A DNA stretch of 64,000 bases, taken from assembly GCA_963674745.2 (NCBI GenBank), contig CAXXDV010000001.1:832001-896000 (forward strand), written 5' to 3'. Each line of letters opens with the position of its first letter. Within the stretch, counting starts at the first letter, position 1. This stretch comes from Desulfosudaceae bacterium. GTDB lineage: Bacteria > Desulfobacterota > Desulfobacteria > Desulfobacterales > Desulfosudaceae. Below the pieces are notes generated by a model. That model had not been told where the DNA came from and made no database searches. It worked only from the letters and a program-made list of their open reading frames with translations. A program made the translations under genes and the position numbers. Positions 51,707-61,869 of the stretch are shown here, piece by piece.

Positions 51707-53518
51707 CTAAACTATTCTTTTGAATTGCTTCTCAATATCTCTCAACGACCAACGAATGATCGTCGGCCGGCCATGGGGACAGTGCCAGGGATTGTCGCAG
51801 GTATCCATCTGGTCCAGCAACGCCCGCATTTCCTGTTCATTTAGCCGCTGGTTGGCGCGGATGGCGCCATGGCAGGCCATGACCGAAAGGACTTCATCCC
51901 GTTTGACGGTCATTTCCGGTGCCAACCCGATTTCCGCCAGTTTTTCGGCCAGCTCATGAATCAGCCGGACGGCATCGGTATCAGCAATCATTTCCGGAAC
52001 CGCCTTGATGACAAAAGCGTTCTGGCCGAACTGCTCCAGCTGCAGTCCGGTCTTTTCGAGCTCGGGCAGAATGGGTTCCAGGGCGGCCGCTTCTCTGTAA
52101 GTCAACTCTACTGTTTCCGGGATCAGCAACCCCTGGCTGACCGGCCTGCGACTTTCGGCATGTTTTTTCAGTTTTTCAAATACCACCCGCTCGTGGGCGG
52201 CATGCTGATCGACCAGAAAAATTTCCCGCTCCGATTCACAGACAATGTAGGTATGATGGAACTGGCCGACAACCGTCAGTCCGGAAAACGATAAAACCTG
52301 ATCAACGGCATCATCCGGTACCGGCGACGTCGGTATTGTCTCCTCCGAAGGCCGCTGCGGCGGTTGTTTCAATTCCGGTTCAGGCACCGGGGACGGTGAA
52401 GCCGGGTTCAAACCCGGGGCCGGCTGCCGGCCGACACCGGAATAAGAAATACGGCTTTCCGCGGCCGCAAACGGAATCGTCTCCTGTCGCGGTATCGGGT
52501 AATCCCCGTCCCTTTCCCAGGGCAGTGACGGTTCTGCCCGCCACACCTTTTCCACAGCAACCTTTAACGTTTCATACACCTGCCGCTGGTTCGCAAACCG
52601 GACCTCATTTTTGGTGGGATGCACATTAACGTCGACACGGTCAAACGGCACGGTGACGAAAATAACGGCTACCGGAAAATTCCCTTTGACCATCCGGCCG
52701 CGGTAACCTTCAAAAAGCGCATACTGCAGCCCCCGGTCCTTGACCATCCGGCCGTTGACAAACAGATGTATTTTCTGGGAAGAGCGCCGTGTGATGTGGG
52801 GCGCGCTGATCCAGCCGGAAACCTCGGCCGGCCCGTTTGAAACACCGATCTCATACATGTTGTTTCTGGTGTCCCGCCCCAGCGTGTCCGTTATCCTGTC
52901 CAGAGGCCGGCCGACGGCCGGCCAGTTTTTAACCGTCTTGCCGTCATGAGAAAGCTGAAAATGGATGTCATGGCGGCACAGGGCAAAACCGGTCATCATG
53001 TCCGCAATATGCCCCATCTCCGTGTTGGCTGATTTTAAAAATTTTCGCCGCGCGGGGACATTAAAAAAAAGCTGCCGGACCTCCACCATGGTGCCTTCCG
53101 GTGCGCCGACATCCCGGACATCCTTTATTTTTCCCCCGGAGACGTGAATCTCCGTGGCCGCGTCAGACCCCGCGTCCCGGCTCACCAGTAAAAAATTCGA
53201 TACCGAGGCGATACTGGGAACGGCCTCTCCACGGAAACCAAGGGTACTGATGGCAAACAGGCTTTTTTCATCTTTGAGCTTACTGGTGGCATAGCGCTCC
53301 AGGCAAAGCAGCGCGTCATCACGCGCCATTCCGATACCGTTATCGGAAACCCGGATAAGGGACATGCCGCCTCGCTCCACCTGAACGGTGATCCGGGTAC
53401 TCTCTGCATCAATGGCGTTTTCAACCAGTTCTTTAACGATAGAAGCCGGCCGCTCCACCACTTCACCGGCAGCGATTTTATTGGAAAGGGTTTCCGGGAG
53501 TATTTTTATGGCTGACAT
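51707..53518 (-). CDS. mutL: DNA mismatch repair protein MutL with endonuclease motif
   Basis: NKIAAGEVVERP, GFRGEA, DVNVHPTK, DQHAAHERVVFE, ACH, CPHGRP; ATG at 53518. Confidence 0.97.
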   Translation of the reverse strand: MSAIKILPETLSNKIAAGEVVERPASIVKELVENAIDAESTRITVQVERGGMSLIRVSDNGIGMARDDALLCLERYATSKLKDEKSLFAISTLGFRGEAVPSIASVSNFLLVSRDAGSDAATEIHVSGGKIKDVRDVGAPEGTMVEVRQLFFNVPARRKFLKSANTEMGHIADMMTGFALCRHDIHFQLSHDGKTVKNWPAVGRPLDRITDTLGRDTRNNMYEIGVSNGPAEVSGWISAPHITRRSSQKIHLFVNGRMVKDRGLQYALFEGYRGRMVKGNFPVAVIFVTVPFDRVDVNVHPTKNEVRFANQRQVYETLKVAVEKVWRAEPSLPWERDGDYPIPRQETIPFAAAESRISYSGVGRQPAPGLNPASPSPVPEPELKQPPQRPSEETIPTSPVPDDAVDQVLSFSGLTVVGQFHHTYIVCESEREIFLVDQHAAHERVVFEKLKKHAESRRPVSQGLLIPETVELTYREAAALEPILPELEKTGLQLEQFGQNAFVIKAVPEMIADTDAVRLIHELAEKLAEIGLAPEMTVKRDEVLSVMACHGAIRANQRLNEQEMRALLDQMDTCDNPWHCPHGRPTIIRWSLRDIEKQFKRIV

Positions 53519-53525
53519 GAGGAAA

Positions 53526-53711
53526 TTAGCATCCGGCCTTACCGGCGACGAATTTACACAAAAACTCCGATTCAAGTGGTGACAGGTCAAATTTCAGAAT
53601 CGCTTCTTCGGCAATTTTCTGCGGATTCTTGTCCGGTTGATCCTGGCGTTGTTCGGTCACCCAGGAAACGGCTTTTCTAATTATTTCGCCTTCCGGCATG
53701 ATGGTTGTCAT
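53526..53711 (-). CDS. Small conserved hypothetical protein
   Basis: Fits between gatA and mutL; PEGEIIRKAVSWV...EEAILKFDLSP. Confidence 0.7.
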   Translation of the reverse strand: MTTIMPEGEIIRKAVSWVTEQRQDQPDKNPQKIAEEAILKFDLSPLESEFLCKFVAGKAGC

Positions 53712-53728
53712 TATTTTTTCCCCTTAAC

Positions 53729-55189
53729 TTATAATGCTGGTTTTTTATCCCTGATCCCGAGGTCCTGCTCCAGATTCCAGGCCGCCCGCATCAGGGTAGA
53801 TTCGTCAAAATAGTTTCCGGTCAACTGCAGGCCGATGGGTAATCCCGACCGGGAAAAGCCGCAGGGAACCGACATGCCCGGCAGGCCCGCCAGGTTGGTG
53901 GAGAGGGTAAAAATATCCGACAGATACATGGTCAACGGATCATCCTTCTTTGACCCGATGGCAAAGGCCGGGGTGGGGGCAACGGGTGAGGCAATGACGT
54001 CACACATGCCGAACGCTCGCTTGAAATCATCGGCTATCAGTGAACGTACCTGCGATGCCTTTTTGTAGTAAGCGTCGTAATATCCCGCCGACAGGCAGTA
54101 AGTACCGATCAGAATCCGCCGCTGCACTTCCTTGCCGAAACCCTTTGAGCGTGTTGTTTTATACATCTGGATGAGGTTGTCGGCTGCTTCTTCTCTTAAT
54201 CCGTATTTCACCCCGTCATACCGGGCCAGGTTGGAGCTGGCTTCCGCCGGCGAAAGGACATAATAGGCGGCCACCGCATATTCCACATGCGGCAGGGACA
54301 CTTCCACGCATTTCGCGCCCATGGACTCCAACTTATTAATAGCGGCGGTCACGGCGGCGGTTACGTCCGGATCGACACCTTCGGAACTGTGATACTCACG
54401 GCAGAGACCGATGGTGAGGCCTTCAAGGCCCTGTTTTAAAGCGTCTGTATATTCCGGCACCGGTTCCGGAGCGGAAGTCGAATCCCGGGGGTCATGCCCG
54501 GCAATGGCATTCAACAGCAGCGCGCAATCCGGTACGCTTTTGGTCAGAACACCGATCTGATCCAGGGATGAGGCAAAAGCCACCAGTCCGAACCGCGACA
54601 CCCGGCCATAAGTGGGTTTCAACCCCACCACGCCGCAATGCGAAGCCGGTTGCCGGATGGACCCACCGGTATCCGACCCCAGTGAACCCAGGCACATATC
54701 AGCGGCCACTGCCGCGGCCGAGCCGCCGCTGGAGCCACCGGGAATACAGGACAGGTTCCAGGGGTTATGCGTCGGCTTGACGGCTGAATGTTCGGTGGAC
54801 GATCCCATGCCGAACTCATCCATATTGGCTTTGCCCACGATAACCACCCCTTGTTTTTTCAGTTTTTCAATCACGGTGGCATCATATTGTGGGATAAAAT
54901 TATGAAGCATGCGGGAGCCGCAGGTGGTGAGGATATCCCTGGTACAGATAATATCCTTGATGGACAGGGGAATACCTGTCAACGGTGATGCCTGTCCTTC
55001 GGCAATCCGGTTATCCGCAGCCTGTGCCTGCTCCAGGGCCGTTTCATCCGTTATCGTAATATAGGCGCCGACCCGCTCATCCACGTCCCGGATGCGGTCC
55101 AAAACCGCCTGTGTCAGCTGAACAGAGGAAATATCCCCCCGCTGCAACTGTTGCCTTGCTTCTGTAATGGTCAGTTCATTCAAGTTCAT
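53729..55189 (-). CDS. gatA: Amidotransferase subunit A
   Basis: [42 protein letters not shown]. Confidence 0.97.
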   Translation of the reverse strand: MNLNELTITEARQQLQRGDISSVQLTQAVLDRIRDVDERVGAYITITDETALEQAQAADNRIAEGQASPLTGIPLSIKDIICTRDILTTCGSRMLHNFIPQYDATVIEKLKKQGVVIVGKANMDEFGMGSSTEHSAVKPTHNPWNLSCIPGGSSGGSAAAVAADMCLGSLGSDTGGSIRQPASHCGVVGLKPTYGRVSRFGLVAFASSLDQIGVLTKSVPDCALLLNAIAGHDPRDSTSAPEPVPEYTDALKQGLEGLTIGLCREYHSSEGVDPDVTAAVTAAINKLESMGAKCVEVSLPHVEYAVAAYYVLSPAEASSNLARYDGVKYGLREEAADNLIQMYKTTRSKGFGKEVQRRILIGTYCLSAGYYDAYYKKASQVRSLIADDFKRAFGMCDVIASPVAPTPAFAIGSKKDDPLTMYLSDIFTLSTNLAGLPGMSVPCGFSRSGLPIGLQLTGNYFDESTLMRAAWNLEQDLGIRDKKPAL

Positions 55190-55202
55190 GGGAATATCTT
55201 TT

Positions 55203-55490
55203 TTATTCTATAATTTTAGGAACTTCAAACATATCTTCGGCCGCTGCCGGGGCATTGGCCAGGGTCCTTTCCAGGGGGAGGGCGTCTTTTGTTTCATCCT
55301 CCCGCAGCACGTTGACCAGTGATATGGCCTGGGCCATGGGCTTGACGTCTTCGGTTGCCACGGCGCTCAATTTATCCACGTAAGCCAGAATGTCACTCAA
55401 TTGTGATACAAACTGTTCCAAATCTTCGTCGGCGATGTCCAGCCGGGCCAGATGCGCCACATGACGGACATCTTCAATACTTAATTTCAT
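55203..55490 (-). CDS. gatC: Amidotransferase subunit C
   Basis: [23 protein letters not shown]; upstream of gatA. Confidence 0.95.
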   Translation of the reverse strand: MKLSIEDVRHVAHLARLDIADEDLEQFVSQLSDILAYVDKLSAVATEDVKPMAQAISLVNVLREDETKDALPLERTLANAPAAAEDMFEVPKIIE

Positions 55491-55597
55491 TTTATTCCAC
55501 TGCCGTTCAATTTTTGATGTTTTATGTCTTCATCAGGCTTTAAACCGTTAATAATCCACAGTATCACACAATGCAACCGAGAAATTCACTCTTTTTT

Positions 55598-55819
55598 GCC
55601 TGGCCCTACATTATGCATGGGCGCCCACCTCGAATTCATGAACACCTTCCACGGCCTGTAGGGGCAACCCCCTGTGGTTGCCCTTTACCGGGCAGGCACG
55701 GGGGCCTGCCCCTACGATATTAATGAACAAACGCCTCGATCATGAACGCGCTCCTCGGTCTGTAGGGGCAACCCCCTGTGGTTGCCCTTTACCGGGCGGC
55801 CACAGGGGGCCGCCCCGAC
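55598..55819. repeat. GTAG-type REP mosaic (half REP plus two doublets with related spacers)
   Basis: Doublets at 55658-55715 and 55762-55819; partial GCCTGGCCCTAC at 55598; spacers share CATGAAC and CCTCG. Confidence 0.85.
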
Positions 55820-55893
55820 AACATTCGAAAACGGCCTGCAACATCGCAAAAGGAACAAGGGGCTCGGGTTCGAAATGTCGTAGATTATCCGGG

Positions 55894-56571
55894 TCAGCCA
55901 TCCGACGCCTGTATCAAAATAGGACTATACCCATCCTTCCGTAACCGTTCAATAACCGGCTCGGCTTCTTCGCGACTGGTGAATTGTCCGCACCGCAACC
56001 GGTACCAGGTTTCGCCCCCTTCTCCGGTCACCTTTACAATATGGGGCGTATAGTTTTGCTCTTTCAGTTTTTGAAAAAACCGGTCGACATACGCTTCTTC
56101 TTTTAAGGCGGCCACCTGAATCGTAAAATTGAACTGCCCCTGATCAGGGGGTTGGTTTCCAGAGGACACCCGGACGGTTTTTTCAACGGCAGGGGCTTTA
56201 ACCGGATGTTCACCCACCGGCCTGTCGAGGACCGGCGGCGGCACGGGTTCCTGCCGGGGCGGCGCCTCGGGCTTTTCGGTATTCTGCACGGCGGGCTTCT
56301 TTTGGGTGTTTCCCTCTGCGGACGTCTTTTCAGCTGTTTTGACCGGTTTCGGGTTGACGGCCGGCCGGCTCTCCGATGCCGCCAAATAATCTCCGACCGT
56401 TTCATTCTCGCCAGGGACCGGAACCAGTCCCCGGCCGACGAAAATACCGAGAATAAAAAACCAGCCGCAGATAAAGACCAGCAGCGCCCCCCAGCCCAGA
56501 GCCTCGACCGGAGACAACGCCAGCATGAATCGCTTTTTCTTTATGGCCGGTGTTTTTCTGTTTTTTGCCAT
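55894..56571 (-). CDS. SPOR-domain cell division protein (FtsN-like)
   Basis: TM, Pro-rich linker, FTIQVAAL...WYRLRCGQFTSREEA; follows argS. Confidence 0.88.
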   Translation of the reverse strand: MAKNRKTPAIKKKRFMLALSPVEALGWGALLVFICGWFFILGIFVGRGLVPVPGENETVGDYLAASESRPAVNPKPVKTAEKTSAEGNTQKKPAVQNTEKPEAPPRQEPVPPPVLDRPVGEHPVKAPAVEKTVRVSSGNQPPDQGQFNFTIQVAALKEEAYVDRFFQKLKEQNYTPHIVKVTGEGGETWYRLRCGQFTSREEAEPVIERLRKDGYSPILIQASDG

Positions 56572-56579
56572 ACCATATA

Positions 56580-58238
56580 TTACATGGATTCAGGCGCGGA
56601 AACCCCCAGCAGCGCGAGACCGTTTTTGATTATTTTTTTCACCGCGCAAACCAGGTACAGCCTGCCCATGCTCAGCTCGGGGTCATCGCCAAGCACTTTA
56701 TGCCGGTTATAATAAGCATGAAAACCTGCCGCCAGATCCATCAGATAAAATGTGATCCGATGCGGCTCCATCTGTGTTGCCGCGATCCGGACCACTTCCG
56801 GATACCGCGCCACCGCCTTGATCAGGTCGATCTCTTCGGGTTCAACCAGCCTGGCAACCGCTCGATTGTCGGGAGACACTTCCCCGATACCCATTTCCCC
56901 GGCTTTACGCAACATACTGGAAATTCTGGCATGAACATACTGCACATAATAGACGGGGTTGTCGTTGCTTTTCTTCTTGGCCAGTTCCAGGTCAAAATCA
57001 AGGGGACTGTCATAATGCCGGGAAAGGAAAATAAACCGGGCGGCATCAACGCCGACCTCTTCGAACACTTCGCGTAAAGTGACAAATGTTCCCGACCGGG
57101 TCGACATGGACACCGGCGACTTATCCCGCATCAGGTTCACCAGTTGCACCAGGATCACGTCAATGTCATCACTGCTCCGGCCCAGGGCCTGAACCGCCCC
57201 CTTGACCCGGGGGATATACCCGTGGTGGTCCGCACCCCAGATATCGATCAGGCGGTCAAATCCCCGGTCAAACTTGTTTTTATGATAAGCGATATCAGAG
57301 GCAAAATAAGTTGTTTCACCGTTGTTCCGGACAACCACCCGGTCTTTGACATCCCCGAAATCGGTTGACCTGAACCACAGGGCGCCGTCGGCTTCATAGG
57401 CGAACTGTTTTCCCCGGATCGTATCCAGGGCATCGGCCACCGCGTTGTTCTCAAACAACGCCTTTTCTGAAAACCAGCTGTCAAAACCGATACCGAAATC
57501 AGCCAGATCCCGGCGGATACCGTCCAGAATCTTTTCCCCGGCAAAAGCCGCGCAGGCGATTATCGCCGCCGTCTCATCCAGGCTGTCAAAGCCCGGCACG
57601 GCTGCGTCCACCTCCCGCGCCAGTTGCTGAATATAATCGCCCTGGTAGCAGTCCGCCGGGAAAACAACCGGCTCGCCCCGGAATTCGCGCCGGCGCAAAT
57701 AAACCGACCGGCCCAGTGTCATCATCTGGTTGCCGGCGTCATTGACGTAATATTCCTTTTCAACCTGCCAGCCGCAGAAAGCAAGGATGTTGGCCAGGCT
57801 GTCTCCGACGGCGGCACCCCGCCCGTGACCGACATGAAGCGGACCGGTGGGATTGGCGCTGACAAACTCGACCATGATCTTTTTGCCCTGACCCAGGTCG
57901 CAGGCGCCGAAATCCTGCCGGGTATGAACTGCTTCGAGCAACGGCAGCCAGGTCGCATTATTTAAAAAAAAATTGATAAAACCGGGCCCTGCGATTTCAG
58001 CCTTATCAATAAGATTGTCTTTGTCATTGATATGGCGGATAAGAATTTCCGCCACAGCCCGTGGTGCCATTTTATAAACCGAGGCGCCTGTCATGGCGAA
58101 ATTGGTGGCAAAGTCTCCGTGTGTTTTGATTCTTGGTTCTTCGACCTCGAACACGGGCAGCGCATCGGACGGCAGGTTTCCGCTGCCATGAGCCGCCCTG
58201 GCCGCATCCTTGATGAGGGCTCTGATCGTTTCTTTCAT
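56580..58238 (-). CDS. argS: Arginyl-tRNA synthetase
   Basis: HGDFATN, GPGFINF, EFVSANPTGPLHVGH, WGADHHGY, MSTRSG, YVQYVHAR. Confidence 0.97.
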   Translation of the reverse strand: MKETIRALIKDAARAAHGSGNLPSDALPVFEVEEPRIKTHGDFATNFAMTGASVYKMAPRAVAEILIRHINDKDNLIDKAEIAGPGFINFFLNNATWLPLLEAVHTRQDFGACDLGQGKKIMVEFVSANPTGPLHVGHGRGAAVGDSLANILAFCGWQVEKEYYVNDAGNQMMTLGRSVYLRRREFRGEPVVFPADCYQGDYIQQLAREVDAAVPGFDSLDETAAIIACAAFAGEKILDGIRRDLADFGIGFDSWFSEKALFENNAVADALDTIRGKQFAYEADGALWFRSTDFGDVKDRVVVRNNGETTYFASDIAYHKNKFDRGFDRLIDIWGADHHGYIPRVKGAVQALGRSSDDIDVILVQLVNLMRDKSPVSMSTRSGTFVTLREVFEEVGVDAARFIFLSRHYDSPLDFDLELAKKKSNDNPVYYVQYVHARISSMLRKAGEMGIGEVSPDNRAVARLVEPEEIDLIKAVARYPEVVRIAATQMEPHRITFYLMDLAAGFHAYYNRHKVLGDDPELSMGRLYLVCAVKKIIKNGLALLGVSAPESM

Positions 58239-58256
58239 CTTTTTGAAATATCCCGG

Positions 58257-58673
58257 TTATTCGTCTTCTTCGTCGTCATCATCATCGGGCAGGTCATCGT
58301 CACCGGTGAGGATCTCATCCAGATCATCAATGTCTTCATCATCATCGAGATCGTCTACTTCAACGTCGAGTTCTTCATTCATTACCCTTACATCATCCAC
58401 GATCACCTCAACCGAGCTTTTTTCCTTGTCATTGACCAATTCTTCAATGGCGACGGCGAGTTTTTCCGCGGTAACAGCCGGCGGAAAAAAGTTGTGAGAC
58501 CTGATCGCCTTGACCACGGCGGCTGGACCGGCTTTTACAGCCTTGCTGATATCGGTCAATTTGTAGATCTGATCGGACAACGGGGAAAATTCATTGGAGG
58601 CCAATTCAACAAATTCACTGATAATAATATTGGTTTTGGTGTCGTCTTTAACAACAAGATACTTTTGATTCAT
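58257..58673 (-). CDS. Hypothetical protein with highly acidic C-terminal tail
   Basis: GGAG RBS; folded-looking ~95 aa followed by a D/E-rich tail; 18 nt upstream of argS. Confidence 0.8.
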   Translation of the reverse strand: MNQKYLVVKDDTKTNIIISEFVELASNEFSPLSDQIYKLTDISKAVKAGPAAVVKAIRSHNFFPPAVTAEKLAVAIEELVNDKEKSSVEVIVDDVRVMNEELDVEVDDLDDDEDIDDLDEILTGDDDLPDDDDDEEDE

Positions 58674-58829
58674 CTGCCTGTCTCCCTGATGACGTTATAA
58701 ATACTCGTCGGGTTAATAAATTCCTTGTCTGTTTTGCGCCAATCCGAGTTTTTCCCGGATGGGCACTAACTTAATGTGATAACAAAAAAAATCAAGATTA
58801 AAACGAAAATGCCGGCCGAAAAAGGCTTT

Positions 58830-60278
58830 TTATTTTTTCCAGAACTCGGGTACCAGAAGAATGATTATGGTATAAATTTCCAGCCGGCCGAGCAGCATGC
58901 ACCAGGCCAGCAGCCATTTACCGGCCACCGGAAGGGCGGCGAAATTATCCAGCGGCCCGACTGCCCCGAACCCCGGGCCGATATTGCCGAGGCATGCCGC
59001 CACGGATGAAATCGATGTTACGGCATCAACACCCATTGCGGCCATAACCATGGAACAGACGACAAACAAGAGAACATAAAGGCAGAGAAAGCCCATGATG
59101 CTTCTCATGACCTCTTCGGGAATGGCCTTACCGGCCAACTTGACATGGGTGACCGCCTTGGGGTGGACCAGACAAAAAAGCTCCTTATAACAATATTTTA
59201 TACCCAGAAAAATACGGACGCATTTCATCCCGCCGCCGGTGGAACCGGCGGAAGCGCCGATGAACATACAGACAAAAAGGATCAACTGGGACAGTGCCGG
59301 CCATGTTTCATAATCGGCCGTAGCAAATCCGGTGGTGGTAATAATGGAAACCACCTGAAAGGCGCTGTACCGTATCGTGCTGCCGATGGTTTGATAAACG
59401 GACCCGTAAAGATCCCAACTGACAATACCGATCAGTAAGGCTACCAGGAACAGAAAAAAACGGCATTCCGTGTCTTTCCAGAAAGCCATGGGTTTGGCCC
59501 TTAACATCTGATAATGGAGGGAAAAATTAATCCCCGCAAACAGCATAAACAAAACCACCACCCAGTCCACATAAGCACTTCCATAGGCCGCAATGGACAG
59601 GTTGCGGGTTGAAAACCCGCCGGTGGGCATGGTGGTAAAGGTATGGCACAGCGCGTCAAACAGGCTCAGACCGCAAAGTTTCAACAATAAAAGTTCACAT
59701 ACGGAAAAAAGGATGTATACCTTCCAGAGTGTCTTGGCGGTTTCCCGGACGCGCGGCTGAAGCTTGTCCGGAACCGGGCTGGGCACCTCCGCGATATAAA
59801 GCTGCATCCCACCGACACCGAGCAGGGGGAGAATCGCCAGCGACAGCACAATAATCCCCATACCGCCCAGCCATTGAATAAAGCTCCGCCAGAGCAGAAA
59901 CCCGGGAGCGACGTCTTCGATGGCACTCAATACCGACGCGCCGGTGGTCGTAAAGCCGGAAACCGATTCAAAAACCGCGTCTGTAAAAGACGGCAGCACC
60001 CCGCCGAAATAAAACGGCAGCGCTCCGGCGAACCCGGCTGCCAGCCAGCAAATCGCCACCGCTACCATTGCCTCCCGTTTATCGATAGCGTCATCAGCGG
60101 ACGACCTGTTGGCAAGGACCAGTAAGGCACCACACCCCAGGGTCACCACCATGGAATAAAGAAACGGCTTTAAACTGCCGTCTGAAAGCCCCCATCCCAC
60201 CGCCAGGGGCAGAATCATGCTGAGCCCCAGAAAAAAAATCAAATACCCGGTAATATTTAATATCGTTTTCCAGCTCAT
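58830..60278 (-). CDS. trkH: Trk K+ uptake membrane subunit
   Basis: FESVSGFTTTG, QWLGGMG, TGGFS, GSTGGGMK, GNIGPG, GRLEI. Confidence 0.95.
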   Translation of the reverse strand: MSWKTILNITGYLIFFLGLSMILPLAVGWGLSDGSLKPFLYSMVVTLGCGALLVLANRSSADDAIDKREAMVAVAICWLAAGFAGALPFYFGGVLPSFTDAVFESVSGFTTTGASVLSAIEDVAPGFLLWRSFIQWLGGMGIIVLSLAILPLLGVGGMQLYIAEVPSPVPDKLQPRVRETAKTLWKVYILFSVCELLLLKLCGLSLFDALCHTFTTMPTGGFSTRNLSIAAYGSAYVDWVVVLFMLFAGINFSLHYQMLRAKPMAFWKDTECRFFLFLVALLIGIVSWDLYGSVYQTIGSTIRYSAFQVVSIITTTGFATADYETWPALSQLILFVCMFIGASAGSTGGGMKCVRIFLGIKYCYKELFCLVHPKAVTHVKLAGKAIPEEVMRSIMGFLCLYVLLFVVCSMVMAAMGVDAVTSISSVAACLGNIGPGFGAVGPLDNFAALPVAGKWLLAWCMLLGRLEIYTIIILLVPEFWKK

Positions 60279-61642
60279 TAAATAAACTCTAGCTTGACGG
60301 CCAGCATTTTTTCCACCTTGGGGATGGCATGTTTCTGGGCAAAAATGACGACCCGGTCTTCCGGATTGATGATCGATTCACCGGAAGGAATAATGATTTC
60401 TTCACCCCGGATAATCCCGATAACCAGGGAATCCTTGGGCATGGCGATTTTTCTCAAAGGCGTACCGACCAGATCTGAAGTAGACAGCGCCTCGGCCTCC
60501 AGGATCTCGGCCTGCTCCTCTTTTAAAGAAATGGCGGACAGGACCTTGCCTTTGCGGATATGCTGCAGAATCGAGTTGATCGCCGAAAGCCTGGGGCTGA
60601 CGACCTGCTCCACGCCGATGGTGGACATCAGGGGTATATAGTTGAATTTTGAAATCTTGGTGACCGTGTTGGCCGCACCCATTCGCTTGGCCAGCAGTGA
60701 AATCAGAATATTGGTCTGTTCGTCATTGGTCAGGCTGACCACAACATCCATGTTTTCAATATGCTCTTCGGCCAGAAGTTCCTGGTCGGACCCGTCCCCC
60801 TGGAGGACCACTGTTTTATTGACTTCCTCGGCCAGCCTGGCACACCGGACAGGATCGGAATCAATGATTTTGGCTTTTATATCAGTGGCCTCAAATCGTT
60901 TGGCCATCCGCAGGCCCAGCCTGCCGCCGCCCACGATCAGGGCCCGTTTGACCGGTTGGGCGGTTTTACCAAAGGCTTTAAGCGAACGGCCCAGGGTTTC
61001 TTTTTCGCTGATAAAATAGACGATATCATTGGCCATCAAGCGGGTATTGCCCCGGGGAACAATCATTTTCTCACTGCGAACAATCGCGGCCACAAGAAAA
61101 AGCCGGCCCCCGGACCGGGCCGACAAATCAGACAGCTTCTGCCGGACGTAGGGAGAGTCCTCGGCCAACCGGACACCGACCAGTTTCAGTCTGCCTTCGG
61201 CCAGATCCACGACTTCAGAAGCACCGGGGACATTGATCAACCTTTCGATCGTGTTGACGACTTCGATCTCCGGATTAATAATCGTATCAATATAAGGGGG
61301 CTGTTCTTTAAACATACTGTGGTAATTATCAAAGTCCGCGTTCCGGATACGTGCCAGCTTCTTGGTGGAAGGCGAAAGGATATTGGCCATCAGGCAGGCG
61401 ACAAGGTTGGTCTCATCACTGTCGGTTACCGCCAGAACGATTTCGGCTTCTTTGATGCCAGCGCCATGCAATACGGTCGGACTGCTGCCCGACCCCATAA
61501 CCGTCTGAACATCTGTATGGTCAGCCACCCGGCGCAGTGATGCCTGATCCCGGTCAATCACCACCACATCTTTATTTTCAATAGACAGCCGGCTGGCAAT
61601 ATGGAAGCCCACCTCACCGGCGCCGATAATTAACACTTTCAA
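60278..61642 (-). CDS. trkA: Trk K+ uptake NAD-binding subunit
   Basis: IIGAGEVG and IVGGGRLG Rossmann motifs, two RCK repeats; TTG start. Confidence 0.95.
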   Translation of the reverse strand: MKVLIIGAGEVGFHIASRLSIENKDVVVIDRDQASLRRVADHTDVQTVMGSGSSPTVLHGAGIKEAEIVLAVTDSDETNLVACLMANILSPSTKKLARIRNADFDNYHSMFKEQPPYIDTIINPEIEVVNTIERLINVPGASEVVDLAEGRLKLVGVRLAEDSPYVRQKLSDLSARSGGRLFLVAAIVRSEKMIVPRGNTRLMANDIVYFISEKETLGRSLKAFGKTAQPVKRALIVGGGRLGLRMAKRFEATDIKAKIIDSDPVRCARLAEEVNKTVVLQGDGSDQELLAEEHIENMDVVVSLTNDEQTNILISLLAKRMGAANTVTKISKFNYIPLMSTIGVEQVVSPRLSAINSILQHIRKGKVLSAISLKEEQAEILEAEALSTSDLVGTPLRKIAMPKDSLVIGIIRGEEIIIPSGESIINPEDRVVIFAQKHAIPKVEKMLAVKLEFI

Positions 61643-61869
61643 TTAAATCTCCTCTCGGCTGATATCCGCCGAATTTTTATCTTAATATCATAACTGCATC
61701 CATCCACAAACGCAAATTACCGCCATCACCCGGCCGCGGATGGCGGGTGTCATCCTGATTTCCGTGTCAAAGGATGAAAAGGCCCCATCCCGGGAAATAC
61801 CGCTTGATATTTTCAGCAGTTATACTGTAAACATATTTAAATTATAAATAATATGGAGAAAACAACAAG

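Noticed and set aside
55598..55819. CRISPR array
   Set aside because: Repeats alternate in orientation, spacers are related to each other and no cas genes are present. This is REP/BIME architecture.
58728..58768. c-di-GMP riboswitch upstream of the acidic protein (minus-strand hairpin followed by GGCGCAAAAC)
   Set aside because: The 5' GGCAAA motif, the GNRA tetraloop and the P3 stem are missing.
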